Of a DNA stretch of 64,000 nt, positions 20,984-32,330 are shown piece after piece. The stretch comes from Blastocladiella emersonii ATCC 22665. Its lineage: Eukaryota; Fungi; Blastocladiomycota. The notes under the pieces are model-generated. The model made no database searches and had not been told where the DNA came from. It saw nothing but the letters and a program-made list of their open reading frames with translations. The stretch spans positions 2,232,001-2,296,000 of the forward strand of contig JANHCV010000001.1 in assembly GCA_025594325.1 (NCBI GenBank), written 5' to 3'. Both the position numbers and the translations under genes were made by a program. How positions within the stretch are numbered: position 1 is the stretch's first letter; each line of letters opens with the position of its first letter.

Positions 20984-23208
20984 ATGGCGACCTTCTACTG
21001 CTCCCGTACGCCGTCTCGCACCGCCGTCGCCAGCGCACATCCGCTCACGATCCGCTCTCCATCCATCTAGTCACGGGCGCGCCCTGCGTCGAGCCCGTCA
21101 TCTCGCGCACCGGCTACGTCTTTGACCGCGCCGCCATCGTGCAGTTCCTCAACGCCAACCCGGGCCGCTGCCCCGTCACAGGCGAGCCCCTGACCGTCGC
21201 CGATCTCTACTACCCGGGCGCCCCGCCCGCAGCATCTGGCCCAACGGGCGGCCCCACGCCGTTCGCCGTACCCGCGGGCGTCGTGCCCATGGCGCCATCG
21301 CCCAACACGGTCATGCAGCAGCAGGAGCACCAGCTCGTGCACCAGCACGTTCCGCTCAACGGCGACCTGCACGCTCAGCAGACGGCCGCCGTCGCCGCCT
21401 CGTATGCGCCCTTCTCGGGCGCCAACTCGGGCGCCGCTGCCCCCGCGCCGTCGACCGCGTACCTCTCGATGCCGCACCGGTCCACGTCGCCCATCGACTA
21501 CGACCAAAACGCACCACCTGTCCCTGTCGGCGCCGCGGGCAGCGTGCGCTCGCACAGCGTCCGGTCCGCCGGCGCCGCCAGCGCGGGTAATGGGGGTATG
21601 CCGGCCGGTGCCGGCTCGGTCCTCTACGTCCCGACGCCCTCGAGCTACCACGCCTCGCTCTACGCCGTGCCCGGCGGCACCACCCCCGAGTTTGCCGCGA
21701 CCGGCGCCCCCGGCAGCCCCGAGTTCCTGCCCGACCAGCCCATGCTCTACGCCAACAACAACGGCCAGTACCAGAACCAGGCCGGCAACCGCGTCGCGGC
21801 CCGCGCCGAGTCGTACTACGCGCAGCAGCCGAACCGCAGCTCGTGGCACGAGTCCGTGGGCGGCGAGCCCGCGGTCCCGTCGGTCCCCTCGCACCGCAAC
21901 AGCGTCATGATGAACGCGGCCATTGCCGACGACGTGGCCCTGACCGACGCCCTCGCCCAGCAGGACCACCGGTACTCGGCCGCCCTCGCCGCGCCCGGCG
22001 GCGTCTCGACCCACGACCGCCTCGTCGCCCAGGCCTCGGCCGTCTCGTACCGCCCGTGGTTCGTGTGGCTCGTCACGGCCCTGCAGGTCGCCGGCCTCGC
22101 GCTCTCCATGGTCGTCAACTACAACACGCTCGGGTCGCCGATCCAGACCTCGCCCAGCTTCAACTACATGATCGGCCCCGCCCCCGAAATTTTGATCCAG
22201 GTCGGCGCACGGTTCGTACCGTGCATGAAGCCGTCGACGGTGCTCCCTGCATCGGGCAACCCGCCCACGCCCATCGCGTGCCTGATCCCGCCAAGTGCGG
22301 GCGGTGGTGCCGCCGTCAACGCGACGGGCGCGAACGGCGTGCCCGTGGCGGGGCAGTACCTGTGCAACTGGGGCACCTTCTGCGGCAAGCTCGCGCCGAC
22401 GTCGTCCACGTCCATGGCCAACGTCGCGGCCGCGGGCCAGGACTCGGCGGCCGCCAAGCCGACGCAGTGGTTCCGGTTCATCCTGCCGCTGTTCCTGCAC
22501 GCGGGCGTGGTGCACTTCGTGATGAACATCACGTTCCAGTGGACCGCCGTCAAGTCGCTCGAGCGCGACTGGGGCTGGTTCCGGATCGCGCCCGTGTACC
22601 TGTGCTCGGGCATCGCCGGGTTCGTGTTTGGCGGCATCTTCTCCGAGGAGCTCGCGCCGTCGGTCGGGTGCTCGGGCGCGCTGTTCGGCATGGTCGCGCT
22701 GCTGCTCATCGACCTGACGCTTGCGTGGCGGCTCATCCACCACCCGACGCGGCAGCTGATGCGCATGCTGCTCGTTATCGTCGTGACGTTCGCCCTCGGC
22801 CTGTTCCCGAGCATCGACAACTTCGCGCATATCGGCGGGTTCGTCATGGGCGGGCTCGTCGGGCTCGTCGTCATGCCACGCAGTCTCGGGCTCAGCTGCT
22901 GCAGCTCGCGGTCGCGGAAACGGAATGGCGGCATGGGCGCCTCGTCGTCGGCCACGCTCACCAACGGGAGCAGTAGCGGTGGGCGGCAACCGGGCGGCAA
23001 GGGCGGCGCGAAAGCGAGCGCGGGCATGTTCCACGGGTACTCGACTGCCAACCTCGCGGTGCGCGGGACCGCGCTCGTCCTCAGCATCGCCCTGTTCGCG
23101 ACGCTCTTCTCGCTCTTCTACAAGGGCAACGGCGACCAGGTGTGCTCATGGTGCCGCTACCTCGACTGCCTCCCGGCGCTCGGCCAGTGCTCGGTCGGCG
23201 GCAACTAG
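20984..23208 (+). CDS. Rhomboid intramembrane serine protease (S54) with N-terminal U-box-like domain
   Basis: ATG 20984, intron 21006-21070, giving MATFYCSLTGAPCVEPVISRTGYVFDRAAI...CPVTGEPLT. Rhomboid core FLHAGVVHFVMN, LERDWGWFR, GCSG (Ser 22672-22674), DNFAHIGG (His 22828-22830). Confidence 0.88.
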
Positions 23209-23470
23209 ACGCCGCTCGCGCGCGTGTGTGTGTATGTCCCTCACTCTCTGTGTACTACTTGATACAATCATGGCATCCCAAGTTATAGACGAATCTGAAC
23301 CTTGTCGGGGACCTCAAATGCGCGTCAGGAGCCACGAGTGCGCGCCCGCGATGTCGACCACCTCACACGCCTCGCTCCTCCTCGTTCCCGGTTCACCGCC
23401 CTCTCAGCTGGCTCATATGCAGCGATCCTTACAGTAAGCAGCTTTTACTTGGTCGCACTGAATACAGTGT

Positions 23471-23900
23471 ATCGAGCTTGATTGCGGTAGCAACGCGCTC
23501 GCTGGTGGTGGCGGCCATGCTCCCGCTGGCGGCGGCCACGGCCATTTTCCTCCTCTCCACCACGGCTCCCTCAACGACCATCATGGCCTGGTTGAAGCAT
23601 TGTTTAGAGCCACGAGTGAGTGCGCGCAGCAGAGAGCCACGAGCACACGCCCACGATGCGGGACACACCATCAACTCGTCCGTCGTCACACGTCTCGTTT
23701 CCGGCTCTCCAAACTCCGAGCAGACTCACGCAGCGCTCTTTAAGTATTTCCACTCAGTTTCGCTGTCCATCGTGCTTGATCGCGGTGGCCACGCGCTTGC
23801 TGACGGTGGCGGCCAAGGCCCCGTTCACGGTGGCCGTCGCCGTTTTCCTCCTCGCCACCACGGTTCCCTCGACGGCCACCACGGTCTAGGCGATGATCAC
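23471..23900 (+). repeat. Imperfect ~125-bp direct repeat pair (~23471-23595 and ~23770-23895)
   Basis: ATCGAGCTTGATTGCGGTAGCAACGCGCTCGCTGGTGGTGGCGGCCA... aligns by eye with ATCGTGCTTGATCGCGGTGGCCACGCGCTTGCTGACGGTGGCGGCCA... Confidence 0.8.
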
Positions 23901-25122
23901 GGACAGCGCGCATCCAGCCATGTACAGGGTTGCGAAAGTCCACGCAAACTGTGGCCGCTAAGGCACGGTCGGCGCGAGTCGACACCTGTCGTCGCGCACC
24001 AACGCGCCGCTGAACAGAGCCGGGTGCCGCCGGTGGTTCGGCCCATCGGCCGCCGGGGCCAAGCACATGGCACCGATCTTAGTCGCCGGTGTGGAGGTGT
24101 GGTGCTGCCGAGGCGTCCCTCGTGGCCGTCGGGGAAGGCTTGGCGAAGCCTTGGCACGGCCGCGAGCGCGGGCCCCGCCTTGGGTGCTTGCATCCCATGT
24201 CATCATTCGCCGTGCATTGACGAAGCTTAGCTCCCGCTCGCCGACACGTTCGTGGGCGGTAAGAGAGACGCGCTCGCCGCGCCAAGGCCACGAAGGTCAC
24301 GCGGCAACGGGATGATTTCCGGTTGAAGAGCCGTTCGAGAAGGAGCCGCGAACGTGTTCACGCGCCACATCAACGGGGCCCGGCAACGCAGCGCGGCGAG
24401 GTCGGCCAGTCGAGTCGTCCGGGACGACGTGTACGAGGGCCATGGCAAGACCGGAGGAGGACTGTACGTCACGGTAGCGACCCCGACGTCCACATGGGCG
24501 CGTTCTGGAGCGGGGAGGGAAACATTCTAGAATGGGAGAGGGATCGGGGCCGATGTGGCGCGTCGCAACCCGAAGCGTCGGAGCGACCCACCAGGTCAAG
24601 CCCAAGATCTTTGTCACGTGCCACGCCAAGAGGGCGGCTAAAGGAAAGGATCGAGAAGGGGAGGGGAAGAGAAGCAGAAGGCGAATTCGCGCCCATTTGA
24701 AGACCGCGGCTGCCCGCGCCCCTCCCCCCCTCTCTCCCCGCCCAACACCCGCCATACCCCACACCCACACCATCGCCCTCTCAACCAACGAGCGCACGCT
24801 CTCGCTGCCCCACGCGCACGCACGCACGCACGCACCCACATTCGCGCCGTGCACCGCCTCCCCGCCCGCATTTCGCGCTCTGCTGCCCTCGGCCACCGCC
24901 CCGCCAGTGTACGTAATCGAGCGTCGCGGCGCGAACCGCTCTCGTGCGGGGACGCGCGCCCCCGACCGTGAGTTGATCCAAGCATCGCTAATCAGGGACC
25001 GGTGCTTCGTTCCAGGCCCCGTCTCGCGCGACCCCCCGTGGGCCACTCCTCTCCTCCCCTCTGGACGCGTCTCGCACCCATCTCCGCTCTCTCCATCGTG
25101 ATCAACCATCACCACCAACAAG

Positions 25123-27072
25123 ATGTTCGGCGGATCGGCCACGTTTATCCAGAAGCTGTACGCGATGCTCGAGGACGACTCGAACGCCGAGCTGATCGCG
25201 TGGACGCCGACCAACGACGGGTTCCGCGTCATCTCGCCCACCGAGTTCTCGCGCCGCGTGCTGCCGCAGTGCTTCAAGCACGCCAACTTCTCGTCGTTCG
25301 TGAGGCAGCTCAACATGTACGGCTTCCACAAGGTATCCGAGCAGCCCTTCACGGCCCTCGCCGCGGCTGCCGCCGCCAAGTCGGCTTCAGCCGCCGACAA
25401 GGACAAAGCGGCGTCCAGCGGTTCCGCTTCGTCTTCGACCGCTGCCGCCGACAACAAGGACAGCCCCGCGCCCGTGTCGGGCATGTCGTCGTTCCACATG
25501 GAGCAGGCCTGGGAGTTCCGCCACCCGTCCTTCAAGAAGGGCGAGCTGCACCTCCTCACCCAGATCAAGCGCAAGTCGCCCAAGTCCAACGCCGCCGCTG
25601 CTGCTGCCGCCGCGGCCGCCAACGGCTTCGGTAACGCGGCTCCGGCTCCGGCGCCCGCGCCACAGCAGCCGCAGTCGGTTGTGCCCCCGCCCGTGCAGCC
25701 CGCCGCCGCGTCCGCGCCCTCGGCCGGCTACCACTACGCGCACGTCCCGCCGCCCGCGGCGCCCGCGCCGCATCATCACCATCATCACGGCCACCACCAC
25801 CACCAGACCTCGGTGCCCGTCAAGCGGTCGCGCAGCATCAGCCCGCGCCGCGACGTGCCGCTGCCGCCGTACCCGTCGTCGTCGGACCGCTACGCGCACC
25901 CGCACCACCCATCGCACCATCATCACCATGTCCCTCCGCCTCCGCAGTCGATTCCCGCCCCGCACCACCCGCACGCGCACCCGCACCACCACCACGTCGC
26001 GTCGCCGCCCAACACGGGCAGCGCCGGCCACACGCCGGCCCTGCACGACCAGATGGTGCTGCCGCCCGCGCCGTGCGCCGACCACGACCTCGTGACGCGG
26101 CTCGCGGGCGCCGTGGTGCACGCGCTCGACCTCGTGGTGCGGCTCCTCCCGCCCTCGATCGCGCCCGCCCACGAGCTCAACCAGATCGCCGGCGTGGTGC
26201 ACGACGCGCGCACGATCCTGGGCCAGCTCGAGGGACACATTCCGATCTCGGGCCCGGCGCCCGCGCCCGCGCCTGTCCAGCAGCCGCAGAACTCGGGCTA
26301 CGCGTACGCGGTGCCTCCCCCGCAGCAGCAGCAGCAGCCGGCTCAGCAGCAGGTATCAATGGCGCCCGCGCACTCGGCTGGCCCGACCCCGCCGCCGCCG
26401 ACTTCGAGCATCCCGCCGCCGCCCCCGGCCCAGTACTACGACCCGCCCGCGCCTGCGCCTCACCGTCATCATCACCACCATGTGCCCTCGGCCCAGTCGT
26501 CGTCGTACCAAAGTCTGCCGCAGGAGCAGCCCGCGCCCCAGCAGCACCGGTACTCGACCTCGTCGTCGCACCGTCAGCAGCAGCCGCAGCCGCAGCAGTA
26601 CCACCAGTACCCGCACTCCAACTCGGGCACCGCGTCGCCGTCGACCCCGGCCGCCTCGATGCCGCCGCCGCCGCCGCTGCCCATCATGTCCGTGTCGCAG
26701 CACCAGCACCACGCGCACCACCCTCACCACGGCGGCGCCGCGTACACGTCGCCGCACCTCGCGCCCACGTCGTCGGCCTCGCTCACTGCCTCGGGCTACT
26801 CGACGCCCGGCTCGACGTCCGCGACGACGGCGGGCACCACGCCCGGCGCGACGCCGCCCGCTACTGCCGCTGGCGGCGGTGGGTCCGCGTCGCGGTCGCC
26901 GTACCTCGCCGACTACTCGGCGCCGGTGCCGGGGCCATCCGCTGCGGGCCAGCGGACGTACCCGCCGCCGACGACGGCCGAGATGGGCGGGTCTGCGTCG
27001 AAGTGCACGGACCCGCACTGCACCGAGTGCGACGCGCCCGTGTCGCCGGCGAAGCGGGCGCGGTTCGAGTGA
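25123..27072 (+). CDS. HSF-type DNA-binding transcription factor
   Basis: FIQKLYAMLED...LIAWT...FSRRVLPQCFKHANFSSFVRQLNMYGFHKV...WEFRHPSFKKG...LTQIKRK. H/P/Q-rich remainder. No receiver domain seen. Confidence 0.92.
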   Translation: MFGGSATFIQKLYAMLEDDSNAELIAWTPTNDGFRVISPTEFSRRVLPQCFKHANFSSFVRQLNMYGFHKVSEQPFTALAAAAAAKSASAADKDKAASSGSASSSTAAADNKDSPAPVSGMSSFHMEQAWEFRHPSFKKGELHLLTQIKRKSPKSNAAAAAAAAAANGFGNAAPAPAPAPQQPQSVVPPPVQPAAASAPSAGYHYAHVPPPAAPAPHHHHHHGHHHHQTSVPVKRSRSISPRRDVPLPPYPSSSDRYAHPHHPSHHHHHVPPPPQSIPAPHHPHAHPHHHHVASPPNTGSAGHTPALHDQMVLPPAPCADHDLVTRLAGAVVHALDLVVRLLPPSIAPAHELNQIAGVVHDARTILGQLEGHIPISGPAPAPAPVQQPQNSGYAYAVPPPQQQQQPAQQQVSMAPAHSAGPTPPPPTSSIPPPPPAQYYDPPAPAPHRHHHHHVPSAQSSSYQSLPQEQPAPQQHRYSTSSSHRQQQPQPQQYHQYPHSNSGTASPSTPAASMPPPPPLPIMSVSQHQHHAHHPHHGGAAYTSPHLAPTSSASLTASGYSTPGSTSATTAGTTPGATPPATAAGGGGSASRSPYLADYSAPVPGPSAAGQRTYPPPTTAEMGGSASKCTDPHCTECDAPVSPAKRARFE

Positions 27073-27281
27073 TGGGACGATTTGTTGATAGTCAAGTAAT
27101 GTACAGCTCTTATATCCATCCATCCGACTTGCTTTCGTGTGCCCTGGATTCAGTGGCCGAGGAGACAGGGCTCATCCGATCAGAGTCCCAGCAGCGTATG
27201 GCGTGCTATATGGCGTGTGTATTCGGTTCGGTTCGGTTTAAAAAGGAGTGATCACTTGGGCAGGGACGAAGTCTTCTTCTA

Positions 27282-29878
27282 CTACAGGTCCATGGCGCGC
27301 TTGAGCTGGTTGAGCTTCTTGTGCAGCGTGTCGCGGTCGCTCTCGGACTCGGCGAACTTGAGCTTGGTCGTGACCAGCTCGTCCTGCATCTCTTGGAGCT
27401 GCAGCGCGAGCATGTCGTTTTGTTCCTTGAGCGCCGCCTACGCCATCATCGAGAGTCGAGTCAGTTGGAGGGGGGAATCACGGAGCGTATAGTGTACAGC
27501 GAGCGAGCGAGGGAGGGGGTGGGAGCCAAAAAGCGAGCATGGCCATGGCCACGACCGCGGCCACGGTCCAGGTGGAATGAGAGGAAGCGTCAACTACTGC
27601 ACCTTTTCCGCGTCGCGGTACTTGACCGCCTCGACATGCCGCGCGTCGCCGCGCTGGCGCTCCTCGAGGACGAGTGCGCGGAGCTCGGCGAGCTGCTTGG
27701 CCATGGACTCGTTGGCGTCGCGGAGCCGGGCCTGGTCCATTTTCGTCTGGATGAGCTCGTTGGCGAGATCGACGTGCTCCTGGTTGATGAGCTCGAGGTT
27801 CTTCTCAAGCGTCTTGATGCGGCCCTCGAGCCGCTTGTTGGTCTCCTTGAGCTCGTCGAGCGCGGCGACGTGGCCGTCGGGCCCGAGCTTGACCTCGGCG
27901 TCGTACTGCGCGGCAATCGCGTCGAGCTGGCGCTTCGAGAACCGGATGCGCAGGGCGTCCTCGACAAACTCGGTGCCGCCCGTCGCCGTCGCGTAGTGGT
28001 CGAAGACGCCCGTCTTGAGGTAGTCGAGCAGCGTCTCGAACTCGAGCGTCAGCAGCGTCGCCTCGTGCCGCTTGATGAGCGCGAGCGCGAACTTGAGCAG
28101 GATATCGGCTACGCGTTCGATTCCAAGTCAGCGTGTGTCGCGGAAGAGCAGCCGACGCGAAACAACGTACAGCCCTCGGCAAAGATCATGTCAAACACGC
28201 GCAGGACGAGGTCGAGCGGGAACCGGTACGCGAAGAGCGTCATGAACCACTGGCTCGCGTACATGGTGGACCGGACGCCCTCGCGGGTGAGGTGCGAGTG
28301 GACGTGCGGCATGAGCTCCTGCAGGAGCTTGTCGAACTGGAACATGCGCAGGTGCAGGCCCTCCATGTGCGGCGTGTAGTGCCCGCGCAGGCCGTAGCTG
28401 GTCAGCAGCTTGACGAGCACGCAGAAGGCCTCCTCGTCGGGCAGCTGCAGGAGCAGCGGGCCCGCGACGAAGGCGATCCCCTGGCAGTACCCGACCTCGG
28501 TGTCGTACAGCGAGTACGCCTTGACCACGTTGTACAGGGCGTCTTGCCCCGGCCCGCCCGGCTCGGCAAAGAACGGGTGGCCCGGGAAGGTGCGCGGCAG
28601 GTCGCGCTGGATCAGCTTCTCGAACGGGGAGGGGAGAGGGAGCAGCCGCTGGAACTCGCGCTCGAGCGCCGCGGTTCGCGCACCGGACATGAGCAGCCAC
28701 ACGGGCCCGCGCAGCTTGCTCGGGATCCCAGCGCACACGGCGCGGTGCAGGTTCTTTGGGTGCTTGCGCGACACGGACTCGTAGTCCTGCATCAGCTTGC
28801 CCCAGAACTCTACATTCGGGCGGGCGAGAGTAAGATTCTGGGTCGCGGACGAGTAAGGTAACGGAAGCGTACCCCAGTCGACATCGTCGTCGAGACTCGC
28901 GAGCGAGTCGGACGACGCCTGGCCCGTGTGCGGGATCCCGGCGCGCGATGGAGACCGCGGCGCCGGTGCCACGGGTTCGGCGGTGATCGGGACGGGCGGC
29001 GGGACCTCGTTGCGCGGCGACGCGGCGGACGAGGACGGCGAGGGTGTTGCGCGCTGCGAGGCCGAGGCGGCGGCGTCGTGCGGGCTGTCGGGGCTCGGCC
29101 CGCGCGACTTGGACGAGGATCCCCAGCGAAACTTTTCGAGCGAGGAGCGGAAGAAGGACGAGTAGCTGGTCGTCGACGAGGCCGCGGACACGGTGCTCCC
29201 GGCGGCGCCCTGGTGCTGCTGGCGGTGGCCGTCGTGGTCCCGCTGGTTGAGGCCGCGGTCCATGGCCGACCCGGCGGACCCAACCGAGTCGAAGGAGCCC
29301 ATGGACGACAGCGACGCCATGGACTCGACGTCGAGCCCGCCGAGCAGCGACGCGGCGCGGCTCACGGACGAGTCGGGCGTGATCCCGTCGCCCGCGGCCT
29401 CGGTGTCGGCGGCGGTCGCGACGGCGGGGACCGTTGGTTCGGGCGCGGGCGACGCTGTCGGTGGCGGCAGCCGCGGCGCCGCCGGGACGGGGACCTGCAC
29501 GGGCGGGACAGCGACCGACGCGGTCAGGATCTGCGACAGGCGCTTGGCCTCGACGTCGGCGGCGGCTGCGGCCGAGGCGACCGAGTCGCCGCCCGCGCTC
29601 CGCTGCGTGCGCACCGTGCCCGCGAGCGACGCCAGCGACGCGCGCGAGTCGGACACCTCGGCGCTGGTCGCGAGCGGCGAAGCGTAGCCGGCGGGTGCGG
29701 GTGCGGGAGCCGCGGGTGCGTCGGACGCGGATGCGGACGCGGTGCTGAGGCGGAAGGTCGAGGAGCGCGGCGACAGGACCGTGGCGCCGGCCACGGGCGA
29801 CGACGGCAGCTGGGTGGCGGCGGCGACGGCCTGCAGCTGCGGCGACAGCGGGTTCGTGGCCGCGGGTGTCGATGCCAT
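27282..29878 (-). CDS. TBC-domain Rab GTPase-activating protein (Gyp5/EVI5-like) with C-terminal coiled coil
   Basis: GIPSKLRGPVW, IQRDLPRTFP (Arg finger), YCQG (Gln finger), YASQWFMTLF. Intron 28810-28872 plus further introns near 28.1 kb and 27.5 kb. Confidence 0.92.
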
Positions 29879-30464
29879 GGCTGATCTGGTTGATTCGTAG
29901 ATGTGCAATGGGGAGGATGAGGAGGAGAGTGTGCGATGGGCGCGAGGAGAGCAGCGGGCGCGTGGATGAGATGCGTTGCGCGAGGTGCCAAGGTCGGGGG
30001 CGCCTCGGTCGCGAGCGGCCACGTTCGGGTTCCGTCGTCGACGGTGGTGGTTGATTCGTTCCGGCACTGAAGGGCTTCGGCGTCGCCGTCGACGAGCGGG
30101 AGGGAGCAAGAAGGCGAAGTCGTGCGGCGCCGAGGGTGGCGCTGGCGCGGGCCGCGTCGCCGGCCAATCAGCGGTTTCCACCGCGAACCTCGCGCATCCG
30201 GATGGGCAACAAGAATGCGGCCGATGGATCCGCTCAGCCATCCACGTGGGCGCGCGCTGAGCGACGCAAACTCGCGTCAGGTGACGCGCGCGGAGTCCAT
30301 TTCAGGGGAGCCGGGGCAGCGCTGCTGTGAGTCCGCGGGCAGCAGGGCGACGCGTTGCGGCCGATATAGCGGTCGCCTGCTCGCCACCCCCTCCCGCCCG
30401 CGCCGCGCACCCGTTGCTCGAACCGAAAGCCGACTTGCTGCAACGCATCAACACCAACGAAACC

Positions 30465-31350
30465 ATGGCCATGCTCGTCGCCTCGCTCACGCGCCAGCTG
30501 CGCACCCTCTCGCTCGGCACCCCCGCCGTCGCCGCCGCCGCCTCCACGGCTGCGCTGCGCCTCGGCGCCGCCCGCGGGTTCTCGGCCTCGGCCTTTGCCC
30601 GCGCCGACGCCCCCACCGTCAACGACTACGTCTTCGAGGGTCCGCTTGCTCATCCCAAACACTGTCCAGGACTTGTCCTCACTCCATCCCATCCAAACAG
30701 GCATCAAGCTCCCGCCCCCGCCGCCCAAGCGCCCCGCCAACGGCTACGCGCTCTTCACCAAGGACATGATGCAGCGCCGCCCCGACAACGTCACGCCGCA
30801 GGACTGGTTCGCCAAGCTGCCCGAGACGTGGAACTCGCTGCCGCCGCACGAGAAGTCGCAGTACGACAGCCTGTACAAGCAGCACAAGGCGACCTTCGAC
30901 GCCGAGCTCGCCGCCTACAATCAGCAGTACTCTGAGCTCGAGCGGTCCGCCTACGAGCGCTTCGCCGCGGCCCAGCACCTCGCCAAGGTCACCAAGAAGG
31001 GCAACCGCCTCGCCAAGGCCACCAAGGTCAAGACGGTCCGCGCCAAGACCTCGTACCAGCAGTTTGTCGCCGAGTTCAAGAAGTCGCCCGCCGTCCCCGA
31101 CTCGGTCAAGAACAGCGTCACCGAGCTCGCCAAGCTCGCCTCGGTCGCCTGGGCCAACATGACCGACGCTGACAAGGCCCCCTACGTCCGCCTCTACGAG
31201 CAGGAGAAGGCCAAGCTCATCGCCGAGGGCCACTACGGCGACAACCCCAACGCCGCCGCCAAGCCCGCCGCCGCCAAGAAGAAGCCCGCCGCTAAGAAGG
31301 TCGCGTCCCTCTCGGACGCCCACGACCTCCTCGCCGAGCAGCAGCAGTAA
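30465..31350 (+). CDS. Mitochondrial HMG-box protein (Abf2/TFAM-like)
   Basis: Presequence-like N-terminus, intron 30640-30700, two HMG boxes (PPKRPANGYALF...WNSLPPHEKSQY; KTSYQQF...WANMTDADKAPY). Confidence 0.8.
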
Positions 31351-31654
31351 GGACGCCGCGCGGCACGGCACCCCTTTTTGTGGATGGAATCCCTCTGCCC
31401 CGACTCTGTCCAAGAGCCCTCCCTCATCCTCTCTCCCCATCCCTCCATCCCCTCCCCTCTGTCTCAATTCATTCGCCTTGATCCTCTACGCGCGTGGATG
31501 ATTGTTGTCAGTCGAAGGAAGCCCGCCGCCGCCGCCTGTTTTGAATAAAACCATTCACGCTCGTGACGCCTGGCCCGCTCTCCTCACCACACCGACTTCC
31601 ATGCATCTTGCCCGCGCCTGAGCCCGCTCGCGCCCCACGTCACTCGCCGCAACC

Positions 31655-32304
31655 ATGTCCACACGCGTCCAGAAGCTCCGCAAGGGCGTCATCGAGGTCC
31701 AGGAGGCCGGCGACAAGATTCAGCTCGGCGAGGGTCGGTTCTGCTCTCGCTTGTGAGCGCGCTTCTTGCTCGGACCTGACGTCTGGTCTCTGTGTAAATA
31801 GAGCTCCAGGACGCACGGTGCCTCACCGTGTCCGAGGTCCACTTCTTCCTGAGCGAGAAGAAGACGGCGCGCGCGTCCGACTACGCGCTCGCGCGGTCGG
31901 TGCCCGCGAGTACCGCGCTCGCAACGTACGTCCGTGTGCGGCCGTGTGGGGAACCGGTGGCTGACGCGATGTGGGCACAGAAACCTCGCCAAGTTTGAGG
32001 CCTACTGCGAAAAGTTCAACAACTTTAGCAACTCGTCAACCGTGGTCGAGCTGCGCAAGTCCGTGTCGTCTCTCCCTCCACCCGAACCCGCGCTAATCTA
32101 ACGCCGCGCGTGTGTAGGCTCATCGAAGAGTTCCCGGGTCTCGGCGAGGAGCTCCTCGAGTTCGAGATTGCGCAGATCGCCAACTTCCGTTGCGAGACGT
32201 CCGAGGAGATGAAGGTGCTGGTCCCGAGCCTGCACCGCGTCGACGACATGCAGCTGCAGGAGCTGCTCGACCACCTGCGCAACCTGACCAAGTTTGCCAG
32301 CTAA
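31655..32304 (+). CDS. RPB4: RNA polymerase II subunit Rpb4
   Basis: IQLGE|ELQDARCLTVSEV, YCEKFNNF, FEIAQIANFRCETSEEMKVLVPSL, LQELLDHL. Three introns. Confidence 0.85.
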
Positions 32305-32330
32305 AATTTATCACTTTCAAATACAAACAT

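Noticed and set aside
21067-23034. 655-aa minus-strand ORF; likewise 28191-30167, 50233-52128 and 61264-63720
   Set aside because: Antisense or off-frame shadows of clearly identified genes, with R/G/A-rich composition and no domains.
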